From contig JBHGNT010000021.1 in NCBI GenBank assembly GCA_043228905.1, positions 7,378,001-7,442,000 of the forward strand: a stretch of DNA of 64,000 bases, in the 5' to 3' direction. Below, one piece after another: positions 1 through 11,461 of this stretch (within the stretch, counting starts at the first letter, position 1; every line of letters starts with the position of its first letter). The position numbers were made by a program, and so were the translations under genes. The DNA comes from Azolla caroliniana (Eukaryota > Plantae > Polypodiophyta). Below the pieces are notes generated by a model. The model worked only from the letters and a program-made list of their open reading frames with translations. It was not told the DNA's origin and made no database searches.

Positions 1-608
1 GCCCATTCTCGCCGTTTGTCAAAACGGCCACAGACTCTCTTAACCGCAGCCCAGTCGGTTGTCAGCCCGTCTTCAGTTTCCAGCAAGGAGCCGACTTGAT
101 CCCGGTCCTGCTCGTCCACCGACTTGACGAACAGTAGGACCTGGCTCATATCCAGAATGGTTCGGTCAAGCGCCGAAAGGCGCGCAAAGCGTTCTTCGAA
201 CTCCCGGAGGAGTGCCGACGCGTTTCTTCCTTTGCCGGGGGACTCCACCCATTCCATGAAGTCCCGTTTCGAAAGCCGGAGCGCATCGTCCAGCCCATAT
301 TTCTCTAGGAGTCGGCCTTCGAACTCCTCCCAAGTACGGCTCTCCGCCCGTACCTCGAGCACCTCCGCATGGATGCTCGGCATCGCCACTCGAGGGAACC
401 CGGCAAGACGCCTCTCTTCCGGAATGTCCCGCATCAGCATTTCCGCCCCGTAGGACGCCAAATACCTCATAGCATCCTTTCCGCTGAAACGGCCGATCGT
501 ACCGACGACCGCCTCAATGGCTCTGTCGAGGGCACTGGTGCCCTCGTGTGTGCTCAATATCCGATCCACGGCCGAAGCCATGGCCTCTGCAAGATCCGAC
601 CCCCTCAT
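1..608 (-). CDS. gag: Gag N-terminus of a Trp-primed Ty3/gypsy element (runs off the window start)
   Basis: ATG at 608; highly similar to 54276-54865, which encodes ...RAIEAVVGTIGRFSGKDA...LLFVKSVD... Confidence 0.85.
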   Translation of the reverse strand, partial: MRGSDLAEAMASAVDRILSTHEGTSALDRAIEAVVGTIGRFSGKDAMRYLASYGAEMLMRDIPEERRLAGFPRVAMPSIHAEVLEVRAESRTWEEFEGRLLEKYGLDDALRLSKRDFMEWVESPGKGRNASALLREFEERFARLSALDRTILDMSQVLLFVKSVDEQDRDQVGSLLETEDGLTTDWAAVKRVCGRFDKRREW

Positions 609-630
609 CCTCTGCTCTTCTGCCGCCTCT

Positions 631-648
631 TTCACGTCGGGTTCACCA
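631..648 (-). promoter_or_regulatory. Primer binding site complementary to the 3' end of tRNA-Trp
   Basis: Minus strand TGGTGAACCCGACGTGAA, 4 nt from the LTR; matches the plant tRNA-Trp 3' end (...TTCACGTCGGGTTCA-CCA) as recalled. Confidence 0.8.
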
Positions 649-652
649 AATA

Positions 653-1278
653 TGTCGAGGTATTCCTCGCGGATGCGTGGAGTGAGGCGGGACCTCGGGA
701 GTCCTGTACCGAAGAGTAAGAGAGAGAGAGACCCACTACGTGCGAGAGTAGATTCATAGGGACACGACCCTTCGACGCAAGGACGCGAATGGGACAGCGA
801 CACAAAAGACACGAAAGTATGTATGTATTGACAAGACAAACAACAAGAACACTAAGACAACAAAACACGAAGTCGGTTACAACCGAACAGGCCGGCGGAC
901 AGATGCCGATACCTGTTCGTAAACGCACAGAAAGACAGGAACAGGTTGGAGGTGCTGCCGGAAGCACTCGGGCATTCCTCGGAGCAGCGCGAGCCTCCCG
1001 AAACCTGCACAGAAGGAAGCTATGGAGTCTGTGAACCAGAGAGAGAGAGAGAGAGAGAGAAGCCTTCGCGCCCAATCCGACAGCACTTCGTCCTCGACTC
1101 TCCGCGATCCCTTTACTCTCCTCGTCTCCCTCCTTTTATAGACAAGGAAGGAGCCGTTTCCCCTTTACTCCCTACCTACCGAACCTACCTAGGATTTCCT
1201 TAAGGCGCACGTGCATGAAGAGTCGGTTTCTACGCTCCAGTACACCGATTCCACTTGTGGACGGTTTTCTTCACGACA
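653..1278 (-). repeat. 5' LTR of Trp-primed gypsy element
   Basis: TGTCG...CGACA termini; similar to LTRs 48548-49192 and 54909-55553; adjacent PBS; right flank CCGC. Confidence 0.9.
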
Positions 1279-1299
1279 CCGCGAGGAAAAACCTCGACA
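1279..1299 (+). repeat. Last 21 bp of an oppositely oriented LTR of the same gypsy clade
   Basis: CCGCGAGGAAAAACCTCGACA resembles the reverse complement of the LTR start TGTCGAGGTATTCCTCGCGG; followed by GCGT and unrelated integrase. Confidence 0.7.
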
Positions 1300-2122
1300 G
1301 CGTGTCAACCAAATCCTTGAGCAGTATCTTCGGTGCTCGGTTAGTTACCAACAAGATGATTGGGGCAACTTACTTTCGCTCGCGGAATTCGCCTACAATA
1401 ATTCTCTCCATGCATCGACTGGCGTCACTCCCTTCTTTGCCAACTACGGTTTACATCCTCGCTTCAACATTTCCCTTCCTACCACTTCCGTGAACCCTTC
1501 GGCGGAGGATCGCGCCCACATTTTGGAAGAAGTACATCATGATTTATCCTTGGAGCTTAGTCTTGCTAGTGAACGATACAAGAAGCAGGCTGATCGCCAT
1601 CGATCTTCCACTCCACACTTTGTCGTTGGAGACATGGTCTGGTTGTTACGCCGACACATCTCTACTACTCGTCCATGTGCGAAACTTGATTACAAGAAGT
1701 TGGGACCATTCCGTATCATCGAGTGCATCAATCCCGTCGCCTTCCGACTCGCCCTTCCATCCCACTTCCGGATTCATGATGTTTTTCATGTCTCCCTCCT
1801 CGAACCCCATTATGCTTCACAACTCCCAGGACGTCAAGCCCCACCACCACCACCTGTGCAATTGACGACAGGGGAGGAATACGAGGTCGACCAAATCCTT
1901 GACTCACGTTGGCACCGTCGACACTTGCAATACCTCGTCCTATGGAGGGGTTACCCCATGTCTGAGGCCACATGGGAACCATCGGCAAATTTACAAAATG
2001 CCCCAGAGGTCGTCCAAGATTTTCATCACCGATATCCCCACAAACCAGCGGCCGATTTGGGAAGGCGGCGTAAGAGGGGGGATAATGTCAAGATTCGAAC
2101 TCTTGACACGACCATGTTATAA
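1300..2122 (+). CDS. Chromovirus (Tcn1-like) integrase C-terminus with chromodomain
   Basis: RVNQILEQYLR...AEFAYNN...GPFRI...HDVFHVSLL...EYEVDQILDSR...YLVLWRGYP...TWEP; PPT AAGAGGGGGGATAA at 2072-2085. Confidence 0.9.
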
Positions 2123-2438
2123 TCTAGTATTATGAGTTAACCAAGATATCTAGTACTAGTTATGTATGTAATTGGTCCTTATTATTTTGCTAGCATCATG
2201 TGCATAGTTGCTCCCTTGTAGTATTTACACTTGGCACATGCATGCATACCGACATGCTCTATTGTAGATTCACATGCGTGCAACAAGTATGCATGCCATG
2301 TAGTATAAATAGAGGAGTTCACCTTGAAGGGATTCAAGGTGAACAACACCAGTTATGGAGTCTTTCCTTTAATACTATCTTCTTTCTTGTCCATTTGGTT
2401 ATCTTCTTGCTTGTCTCTTGAGTTTATGATCCGTGACA
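2086..2438 (+). repeat. Chromovirus 3' LTR, copy 1
   Basis: TGTCA...TGACA, directly after the PPT; TATAAATA inside. Confidence 0.9.
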
Positions 2439-2442
2439 GTAA

Positions 2443-2794
2443 TGTCAAGATTCGAACTCTTGACACGACCATGTTATAATCTAGTATTATGAGTTAACCA
2501 AGATATCTAGTACTAGTTATGTATGTAATTGGTCCTTATTATTTTGCTAGCATCATGTGCATAGTTGCTCCCTTGTAGTATTTACACTTGGCACATGCAT
2601 GCATACCTACATGCTCTATTGTAGATTCACATGCGTGCAACAAGTATGCATGCCATGTAGTATAAATAGAGGAGTTCACCTTGAAGGGATTCAAGGTGAA
2701 CAACACCAGTTTGGAGTCTTTCCTTTAATACTATCTTCTTTCTTGTCCATTTGGTTATCTTCTTGCTTGTCTCTTGAGTTTATGATCTGTGACA
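2443..2794 (+). repeat. Chromovirus LTR, copy 2 (tandem, GTAA spacer)
   Basis: Near-identical direct repeat of 2086-2438 (about 3 differences seen). Confidence 0.9.
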
Positions 2795-3787
2795 AGAATG
2801 GGCAAAGACACCACCTGAACGGGCAAAGGCAAAGAGACTGTTGATTGCGCCAGTGGGGGAAGAACCGACAAGGGGAGAGACAGGAAGGAGAAAGGAGCCG
2901 AGTCGACAAAGGAAGTTGACACATCCAAACAAGTCGGAACAAGCGGCAACAAAGGCAGAGTCAAGAAGGACAGAGCCGACCGGAAGAAGAAGGCCAAGAC
3001 CCAGACATGGTCCGATGTGATGAAGGGCTTGGAACCAGAAGACAAATCGGGAGCAACCGATTCAGACAAGAGCTGGAACGAATCAGAGACAACTGATTCG
3101 GTTCTACGGAAGGATTCGGAAGAACCGGATCAATTCAAGGCCAAGAGGACAAGAAGGCAGCAAAAGTAGACGCCAACACGAAGGAATCGGTAGGTCGACA
3201 AGCGCCGAAATCATGGCAGCGAGGGAACTGAATTGGGCTTGTTGAGCAGACAAGCCGACCAAGAAGGTTGAGATGCGCAGAAACAGAAGGGTCGTAGCAA
3301 ACAGGACCGGACCGGACGAGGAGCACGAGCGAGGTGGAGTGATGCCAGAAGGAGCCAGGTGGAAGGATCGGCTGCCATAGAGACTAACACTATGATCCGA
3401 CCTCAAATTGAACTTGAGGGGGAGTGTTGAAGTGGCAAGCTCAACCGGATCCGGATCGACATCCAGAAGGGTGAGCCAGTGAGCTGGGGAGCCGGTTAGC
3501 TAGATTAAGCAATAACCGGAAGCCAAGTAACAGCTAGTCTACTAGGGAGTTAATATCTTGTAGTTAGTGTTAGACACTCGTGTGAGCATTGCAGTACACC
3601 GTACTTCTGTCAGTCTGGATGGACTTGTATAAAAGTGTTCACTGAACACATACGATGTATAGACTGAGTAGTATTTTTTGATTTAAGTTTCTGTGTGCTC
3701 TCTCTCTGTCTCTCATGTGTACTGTTAAGCTCTCCATTAAACCTGTTTTCTGTTTTCTATTGCTTCTGCACACTATTTTGTTCTACA
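2795..3787 (+). mobile_element. Ty1/copia 3' end: acidic tail region, PPT and 3' LTR (3425-3787)
   Basis: Similar to the reverse complement of 23530-23900 and 30965-31300; AACTTGAGGGGGAG then TGTTGA...TTCTACA. Confidence 0.8.
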
Positions 3788-6700
3788 AACCGTTATCCAG
3801 CACCTTGGTCTCCATGCAGGCCTTCGTAATGTATGGTTCGTCGAGTATCACCGGGTGTGAAGATTTCTCCTGCACGAAGAAGTGTTGATCTATCTCGACA
3901 TCTCCGATTTTAACGTGCGCGTTCGGGCATGCTCCATGTAGTTTCTTAGTAGCGCGTGTGGCCGCGCATATCTTCCATCCGTGCTTGATGTTGATCGGCC
4001 ATTTACCCTTTCTGTAGAAGTCCATTGACATCAGGTTTATCTCGGAACCGTGGTCTATCAATGCCACCACCGGCTCCTGAACGTCCCCGATCCGGACAAG
4101 TGTATCTGTAGTAGCCCTTGCACAATGCAACTTCAAATAGTGGCTCTCCGCCAATTTGTCCTCCAAGGCCGCGTCCTCTAAGTTCGTCGTCCACACTTCC
4201 ACGCGCTTCTCCGGTTCCGGCTCCGTCGTGAGCCTTTTACGCTTCACCAAGTCCACGATGGAATCGTGGAACTCCTTCTTGGTGATTCCGAGCACTTCCC
4301 TCAACGATAGCTCCACCTTGCTGTCAAGGATCCGTTCTTCGAGGACCTTCTGCAAGTCCGTTGCCCTTTCTATTTCCGTGCTCAGTCGGTAACCTGCCTG
4401 CCTTACCTTTTCCTGCGAGCCGGGACCGCTGTTGTCATTTCTTTTCGGGGCGCTCTGCGTCTCGTATCGGCCATAGGGTTCGGCCCCTCGGCCCTTTCCC
4501 GCTCGCTTATCTTCCACCAGAACTTCGACTGGATCGTCCCATCCCGTGACCTCCCGGACCCGCTTCTCCGCACGGTCCGCTTCCTCCTTCCTTAGCCGCT
4601 CTACGGAGAGGCCTTTGACCCATTCTATAAATTCCCGTTTTGATAACCAAAGCGAGTCATCGAAATCATACCTCTCGAGGAGCCTCCCTTCGAACGCCCC
4701 CCAAGTCTGGCAACCGGTGTCGTGAAGATCCATCATTATGTGCAGATCGTGAGGCAGAATCGCTGGGCTTCTGGATCAGAAGGACTCGAAGTATGCACTA
4801 GCTTTAGCGAGAAAGGAATTAATATAGATTGAGATAAGATAGAACGCTTGCCTTTAGATTGAGAGAGATTAAGATTGAACTCTTGACTTTAGATTTGAAG
4901 AACAAGATTGATACATCAATTGGATAATGAATTTCTTACTTTTAATTTCTTGATTAATACATTGCTCCCTTTTGATCTTTTTCATCCACCCTTTTATAGA
5001 TGCTCCCATGCATATGATGCATGTGAGGGTACAAGACATGCATACAATGCATGGAATGCATGTGATGCATGTTTGCCATTTGGCGCTCATGCATCACCTG
5101 TCACTCAATCAAGCTCTAATATGAGAATTTACATGTAAAACTATAATGATAGGAAAAACATTTCTAAGGAAATGACATAGCCTAATGGTAAGTCTATTGC
5201 CTCCTATCTTGGAGGTGTAATGTTCAAGTCTTACATACATCCCTTTTTAAAGCACAAAATACTATTAGGCTTTTGGTCTTGTAATTACACCAAATATCTT
5301 TAAGACACCATGCACCGCGATCAACCGATCCGTCTGATTTGTACCCGTTTGGTCTGCATCCCTAGCCGGTTTCGTCATTGGCCAGTCGCCGGTTGCCGGC
5401 GGCGGAATGTAAAACTATAATGATAGGAAAAATATTTCTAAGGAAATGACATAGCCTAGTGGTAAGTCTATTGCTTCCTATCTTGGAGGTGCAATGTTCA
5501 AGTCTTGCATACATCCCTTTTTAAAGCACAAAATACTATTAGGCTTTTGGTCTTATAATTACACAAAATATCTTTAAGACACCATGCACCGCGATCAACT
5601 GATTCGTCTGATTTGCACCTGTTTGGTCCGCATCCCTAGCCGGTTCCGTCACCGGCTGATCACTGGTCCGGTTTTGGTTGGCCAAAACCTTTGCAAGTAG
5701 CCAAGCCACAACCATTCATTTGATTAACTTAGTTCAAGTCACCTTAAACTCTCTATGATCCACTCATAGACACAAAATAATAGATTTTGTCCCTACTTAT
5801 ATACTCTGGGATCCTTATTTGTCCTTTCTATGTGGGATATCTCGTAGTTTTTCTTTTTCTCTTCTTCTTCGCAAACTTCATACCCACAGAACTTGTCACT
5901 TAGTTGTCTGATTCTTATGTGGTAAAGTGTATTCGAAAGCTCTTGAAGACCTTCATCTTTTTGTACCAAGATATTAAACTAGTATAATATAGAATCTTCA
6001 CTATTATTGTTTTATATTATGTGTGAAGAACCACACTCGATTTTGTACATTCCTCGCAATTTTCACACCGTTGCCGAAAATCTTCATGACACTGGCCTGC
6101 ATTTTGAGCACCTCCACGTGGATGCTTGGCGTCACCACCTGCGGGAATCTGGACAATCGTCTGTCCTCTGGAATGTCCCTCATTATCATTTCAGCCCGGT
6201 AGGCCACGAGATAGCTCATTGCGTTCTTACCTTCAAACCAGCCTATTGTGCTGACGATCGTTTCGAAGGCCTAGTCGAGGGTACCCGTACCTTCACTAGC
6301 ATTCACCAATCGGTCTATAGCTACCGCCATGGCTTGGGCGAGTTCAGTTCCCCTCATCTTCATACTCCTTTGCCGCCTGTTTCAAGTCGGGTTCAACAAA
6401 TTATGTCGTGAATTTATGCGTGTGCGTGCGAAACAAAGGCGGGACCATGGAGGCCTTGAACCAAGGAGCACAAGAAGGGAAAGAAGAGAAATGACACACG
6501 ATTATCAACAAGATGGGTACCAACGGTTAATTAGGGAAATAGAGGAATTAAAACTGGCTTAGCCGGGGGCTAAGCTACGAGCTCAGCCAACAACGCACAC
6601 ACTCACACACCAAGATACAACAGGGAGCCTCTAACGGGAGCACATAGGCTTACTACGCGAGCAGAGGCGTCCGTGCTAACCAAACGAAGTAGAAGGCAGA

Positions 6701-7028
6701 GAGCGGGTGCTCGGTTCCCAGTACAACAACACTTCGTTCTCCCTAAACGCGCGATCCCCCTCTTAGCCCTCTCTCCTGACCTTTATAGGTCCCCGAGGGA
6801 GGATCCATCACATCCTGTAATTACATCCTCTTTATTCTTTGTCGCTTCGGACAGAGATTCATTTCGATTTGTTAATCTATTTGATGTGTCTATATCAAAG
6901 TCTGTCCACAACACGTCGACCTATTCTTAGACTATGTACAAATAATTTACAACTACGTGCATCCGTGTATGCTATGGTTCAGGTGCTCAGGTTTTCGTTT
7001 CCGCTCGTAGCCGGTTTTCCTCACGACC
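3788..7028 (-). mobile_element. Decayed Trp-primed gypsy element: gag-protease remnant, PBS (6381-6398), 5' LTR (6404-~7028)
   Basis: ORF 3783-4736 has protease ALIDHGSEINLM and aligns with deletions to ORF 52757-54865; degenerate Trp PBS. Confidence 0.85.
4718..6091 (-). repeat. Solo LTR (1374 bp) with an internal ~274-bp tandem duplication (5133-~5660)
   Basis: TGTCGTGAAGAT...ATCTTCATGACA termini; TSD CCGG/CTGG; host gag resumes on both sides. Confidence 0.85.
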
Positions 7029-7668
7029 ACGGCCCCTGGTCCGGGCCGACTAACTTGGGCCACCGTCGAGAAGCTAAAGGGAAGGTATTGGTGGCTTGGA
7101 ATGTATATCGATGTGCATCATTTCGTAACGACGTGGGAGAGTTGCCAGATGCATTCCGAAATCCGGCACCGCGATGAACTGCACCCGACCTACCCGCCAA
7201 CCATACACTTCAAGTGAATGGTCAACTTGGTAATGATGGCGATGGGGGTAGGGAAAATGCGATATCTGGCACTTGCACGGGAGGATCTAACGAACCAGGT
7301 GGAGGGCCGAGCGTTGAAGGATAAGACTACTACGACTGTGTGTCACTTCCTCGTTGAGGAAGTGGTTTGCCGGTATGGGTGCATAAGCCAAATTGTGGTC
7401 GATCGAGGAGAGGTGGATGCACAAGAAGCCGAAGAGCTGTTCGAACGGTTAGGGGTGAAGCTTTCTCTCTCTATAGTGTACAATCCAGAAGCCAACGGGA
7501 AGGCAGAGCGCGGGCACGGGCCGATTGTGAAGGTGCTAGTACGAGCGTGCGGGGGACGAGTCAGAAATTGGCCGTGGCTTCTGCCTTTTGCTTTATGGGC
7601 GGACCAAACTACGCATGGTTCGATAACCAGGTACTTGCCGACGGAGCTTATGTTTGGGCAGAAGCCGG
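7029..7668 (+). pseudogene. Gypsy integrase core fragment
   Basis: AREDLTNQVEGRAL...YGC...DRGE...YNPEANGKAERGH, as in ORF 49266-50906; stops upstream. Confidence 0.9.
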
Positions 7669-9912
7669 TGTCCTGGGAAATTCCAGCTACAAGGGAAAAA
7701 GTAACGGAATGCGCATGAACGAGCGGGGGTGTGTGCGTGGATGCGCTCAAATATGGCTTTATGTATAAACACATGTAAATAACATAGGACTAGTAAGCGT
7801 TAGGAACTAGGATTCAATAGGTACTTAAATGTTTGCACGAATAGAGTGGAATGTGGGAGTTTGAAGCGAGGAGATCGAGGGAAATCTCTCTCCAAAGCGG
7901 TGGTTTAACTACTTGATGTAACAACCCTCTCTCTCCTTGGTCTATAAAAGGAGGGAGAGAGGACTGAGGAGGGATCCACATTTGAGGAGGACAAAGTGTT
8001 GTCGGTTTAGGGATCGAGCTCTATGTCTCTCTCTCATTTTCTGTTTGGTGCACGATTTGGTTGGAAGCCTCTGATCGCATAGGAAGCCCGTGTGCTCTTG
8101 ACAGAGGCTCCCCGTTGTGTCTCGGTGTCTCCACCCGTCTGTGCGTCTGTGTGTCTTTTGTGTGACTAGCCCTTGCTTTGACTCCGGTCGAGCCGGTTGT
8201 ATATTGTTATTCTCGTAATCTATAATATTCATTTGCTATCCTGTTTCGGTCCCCCCTCGTCTTCTTCTCCTCCTCCTTCTTCCTTCACTCCTTGGTCTAA
8301 GGCCCCCGCGTCCCGCCTTAGCCGTTGCACGTATACGCGTATAACCGTGACATATTTGGTGAACCCGACGTGAAACAGGCGGTAGAGGAGTCCAAAGATG
8401 AGAGCGGTAGCAGTTGATCGCTTAGTGAACGGTCGAGAGGGCATGGTGCCCTTGATAGGGCCATCGAGGTAATCGTCAGCATGATAGGCCGATTCGTAGA
8501 AAAGGACGCGACAAACTATCTCAGGCCAAGAGGATAATGAGGGACATCCTGGAGGACAGACGGCTGTCGGGATTCCCTCGGTTGCTGACACCGAGCATGC
8601 ATACGAAGGTGGTTGAGGTACAAGCTGGTTGCCGGAACTAGGAGGAGTTCGGAGAACGATTCCTCGAGAGGTACGGGATTGACGACTTGCTTTGGTTGTT
8701 GAAACGAGAGTTCATGGAGTGGGTCGACAGCCCCGGACAAGGGGTGAACACGTCGGTGCTCCTCCAGGTTGATACGAGCGGCATCCTACTTTTCATCAAG
8801 TCGGTGGATGCACTTGATTGAGAGAAGGTGGTTCTCCTACTGGATACGGACGAAGGACTCACTCACGGCCGATTGGGCCGTGGTAAAAAGGGTTTGTACC
8901 CGTTTTGACAAATGGTGAGAATGGAATGATCGAGAGTCGTAGACGACCGGCGCGGGAACCGGGAGGAAGTTAGAGGAGCCGATTCCGGTGTGGACGGAAG
9001 AGACTCGAAGGTGGCTCGAGTTGGGCACGGTCCCAACTAATGCGGTCAAAGGCCCGTCCGGGGGCGCAACTCTAGAAGAGCTGACGAAGATGGTACACGA
9101 TCTCTAGATCGCACAGGCCCGGAGGGATAGCGGGGGAAAATCGCGGGACGAAGGCCTCCGGCTGACCAACGATGTATGTGGTGTGACGCGGTCAATCACA
9201 TTTGAAGAGAGTGCGTCGACTTTGCCGAGGCACTCAGAAGTAACGTAGTGTACCTATGGAATGGGCGGGTGCACGCATGCGAGACCCGAAAACCACTAGA
9301 ATTGAATACCAGTCGAGGCGGAATGATGCGGTTATTGGAAGAAGCCACGACGCGACATGCTGAGGCTCTCCACTACTCAGTGTCGGCTGGCATCCAGGTT
9401 GGAGGTGATGGCGGTGGAAAGGTGAAGGATTTCGGGTTCTGGCCGTTGGTGTTGGAATGCCTTTCCGGCGTAAGGCTGAGGACGGAGGAAGCAGACCGCG
9501 CGGAAAGGCGGGTATGAGAGGTCACTGGATGGGATGATCCGGTCGAAGAGACGATTGGTTTCGTAGAGGCCTCGTGCCAGAACTACAAGGTTCTGGTGGA
9601 GGATAAGCGAGCGGGGAAGGGTAGAGGAACCGGAGCCGAAACCGACAACCGGTACGAGATGTGGGGCACTCCGAAGAAGAACGACGCCGGGGTTTCCGGC
9701 TCGCAGGAAAGGTTGAAGCCGGTAGGTTATCGGTTGGGTTCGGAAACAGAAAGGGCGATGGACTTGCGGAAAGTCCTTGAAGAGAGAATCCTCGACGACA
9801 GGGTAGAGTTGTCTCTAAGAGAAGTGCTAGGAATCGCCAAGGAGGAGTTCCATGACATGGACTTGGTGAAGCGTAAGAGGCTCGCGACGAAGCCGGAGCC
9901 GGAGAGGCCCGT
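7669..9912 (+). mobile_element. Truncated Trp-primed gypsy element: 5' LTR 7669-8352, PBS 8357-8374, decayed gag
   Basis: TGTC...TGACA LTR preceded by CCGG; TGGTGAACCCGACGTGAA; frameshifted gag (YLWNGRVHA, LSLREVLGIAK). Confidence 0.85.
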
Positions 9913-10751
9913 TGTCGCGGTAGTCCGCGCACGCGTGTTAGATCCAGGGCGGAACCACATGGGTCTTGGACCAGAGAGAGACGGAGTATGGAAGTTCGAG
10001 CTTCACTGTTTCCCATGACCGGCCAGGACACCAACCAGAGCATTTCCGGATACGTACCAAGAGCAACCGAGAGGAAAAAGGACGGTGCACGCAACACTGA
10101 CTAGACTCACGCATCCTATGTATAGAAACCAGAAAGAAGGAACTCCAAAGACACCAACACAGACACAAATGCACAGAACTTCACTAATATATATATATAT
10201 ATATGGGTCGAAGCACGCTACGGTGTACCAGAGAAGTACTGTTTTTGGCCACAAAAATTGTCAGTACTTTCAATAGTGTTAGTACTGAATAATTCAGAAA
10301 AAAAATTAGAGAAAAAGAAAATCGATTTTGGAGAGTGGGGTGACTGTAGTACAAGTGTCATTTACTGTAGAAGGAGTGGGGGGAACATGTGAGGAGATGT
10401 TCTTCCATTTTGGGGGCTATTTTCCCCTCACGTCGATTTTGGCGCTTCCCCTCACATCGTTTTGGCGATTCCCCTCATACTGTTCTTCCTCTATCCCTCT
10501 GAGCTTTTCATCACAGACATCCATGTCACGTTTCTGATTTTCCTTCAATCTAAATCTCAGACATCCATGTCTGGTTGGAGAGTTTGAGTTGAGGATTTCT
10601 GATTTTTTTAGGGTTTCTGTTTTTGTTAGGTTTCGATTGAGGTACAGAGACTGTTCTGAGGGTTTAGGTAGCAGCCAATAGTCACTTCTTCGACAACGAC
10701 TTTCGTACTTCCACCGATTGCAGTTGATGTCGTGGTGATTTGGGGCTTTTT

Positions 10752-11405
10752 CCACCAAATCGAGGCGGCATTGGAGGTTCCTTCCACCAAATTGAGGCTC
10801 CTTCCACCAAATCGAGGCGGCATATCCAACGCTCCCTCCACCATTGGAGGTTCCTTCCACCAAATCGAGGCGGCATATCCAACGCTCCCTCCACCATTGG
10901 AGGTTCCTTCCACCAAATCGAGGCTGCATATCCACGCTCCCTCCACCATTGGAGGTTCCTTCCACCAAATCGAGGCGGCATATCCAACGCTCCCTCCACC
11001 ATTGGAGGTTCCTTCCATCCATTTTTTTATTTTCAGTACTAAAATGTTTCATTTCTTCATATTTCAGTACTAAATTTTTAGAATTGACATTTGCCATATT
11101 TGATATGTAATTCTAATGTTTGAAACAAAATATTTCTCACTTTGCAGGCCACATTTAAAAACATTTGATTGTGTTTTCTTGGTTGAGTCTATATATCCAC
11201 GCTCCCTCCACCATTGGAGGTTCCTTCCATCCATTTTTTTATTTTCAGTACTAAAATGTTTCATTTCTTCATATTTCAGTACTAAATTTTTAGAATTGAC
11301 ATTTGTCATATTTGATATGTAATTCTAATGTTTGAAACAAAATATTTCTCACTTTGCAGGCCACATTTAAAAACATTTGATTGTGTTTTCTTGGTTGAGT
11401 CTATA
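10752..11405. repeat. 53-bp tandem array (about 4-5 units) followed by a ~212-bp direct duplication upstream of the transposase
   Basis: Unit CCACCAAATCGAGGCGGCATATCCAACGCTCCCTCCACCATTGGAGGTTCCTT at 10804, 10857 and onward; 10981-11192 repeated at 11194-11405. Confidence 0.95.
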
Positions 11406-11461
11406 TAACATTAACTACTTTCGCAAGACACTTAATTTTTGTGGATAAATCTAGTGACCGA

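Noticed and set aside
631-648. tRNA-Trp gene
   Set aside because: Only the 18-nt 3' match next to an LTR; this is a PBS with no cloverleaf
1211-2122. ORF 1211-2122 as one 303-aa gene
   Set aside because: The first ~30 codons come from two gypsy LTR ends fused by chance to the chromovirus integrase
4718-6091. TIR DNA transposon or MITE (12-bp inverted ends)
   Set aside because: TG...CA ends, similarity to family-C LTR starts and a 4-bp CCGG TSD fit a solo LTR better
10752-11018. CRISPR-like array or the repeat-derived ORFs (10417-11097 and overlapping frames)
   Set aside because: Units are contiguous with no unique spacers and there are no cas genes; ORFs open in many frames are a by-product of the repeat
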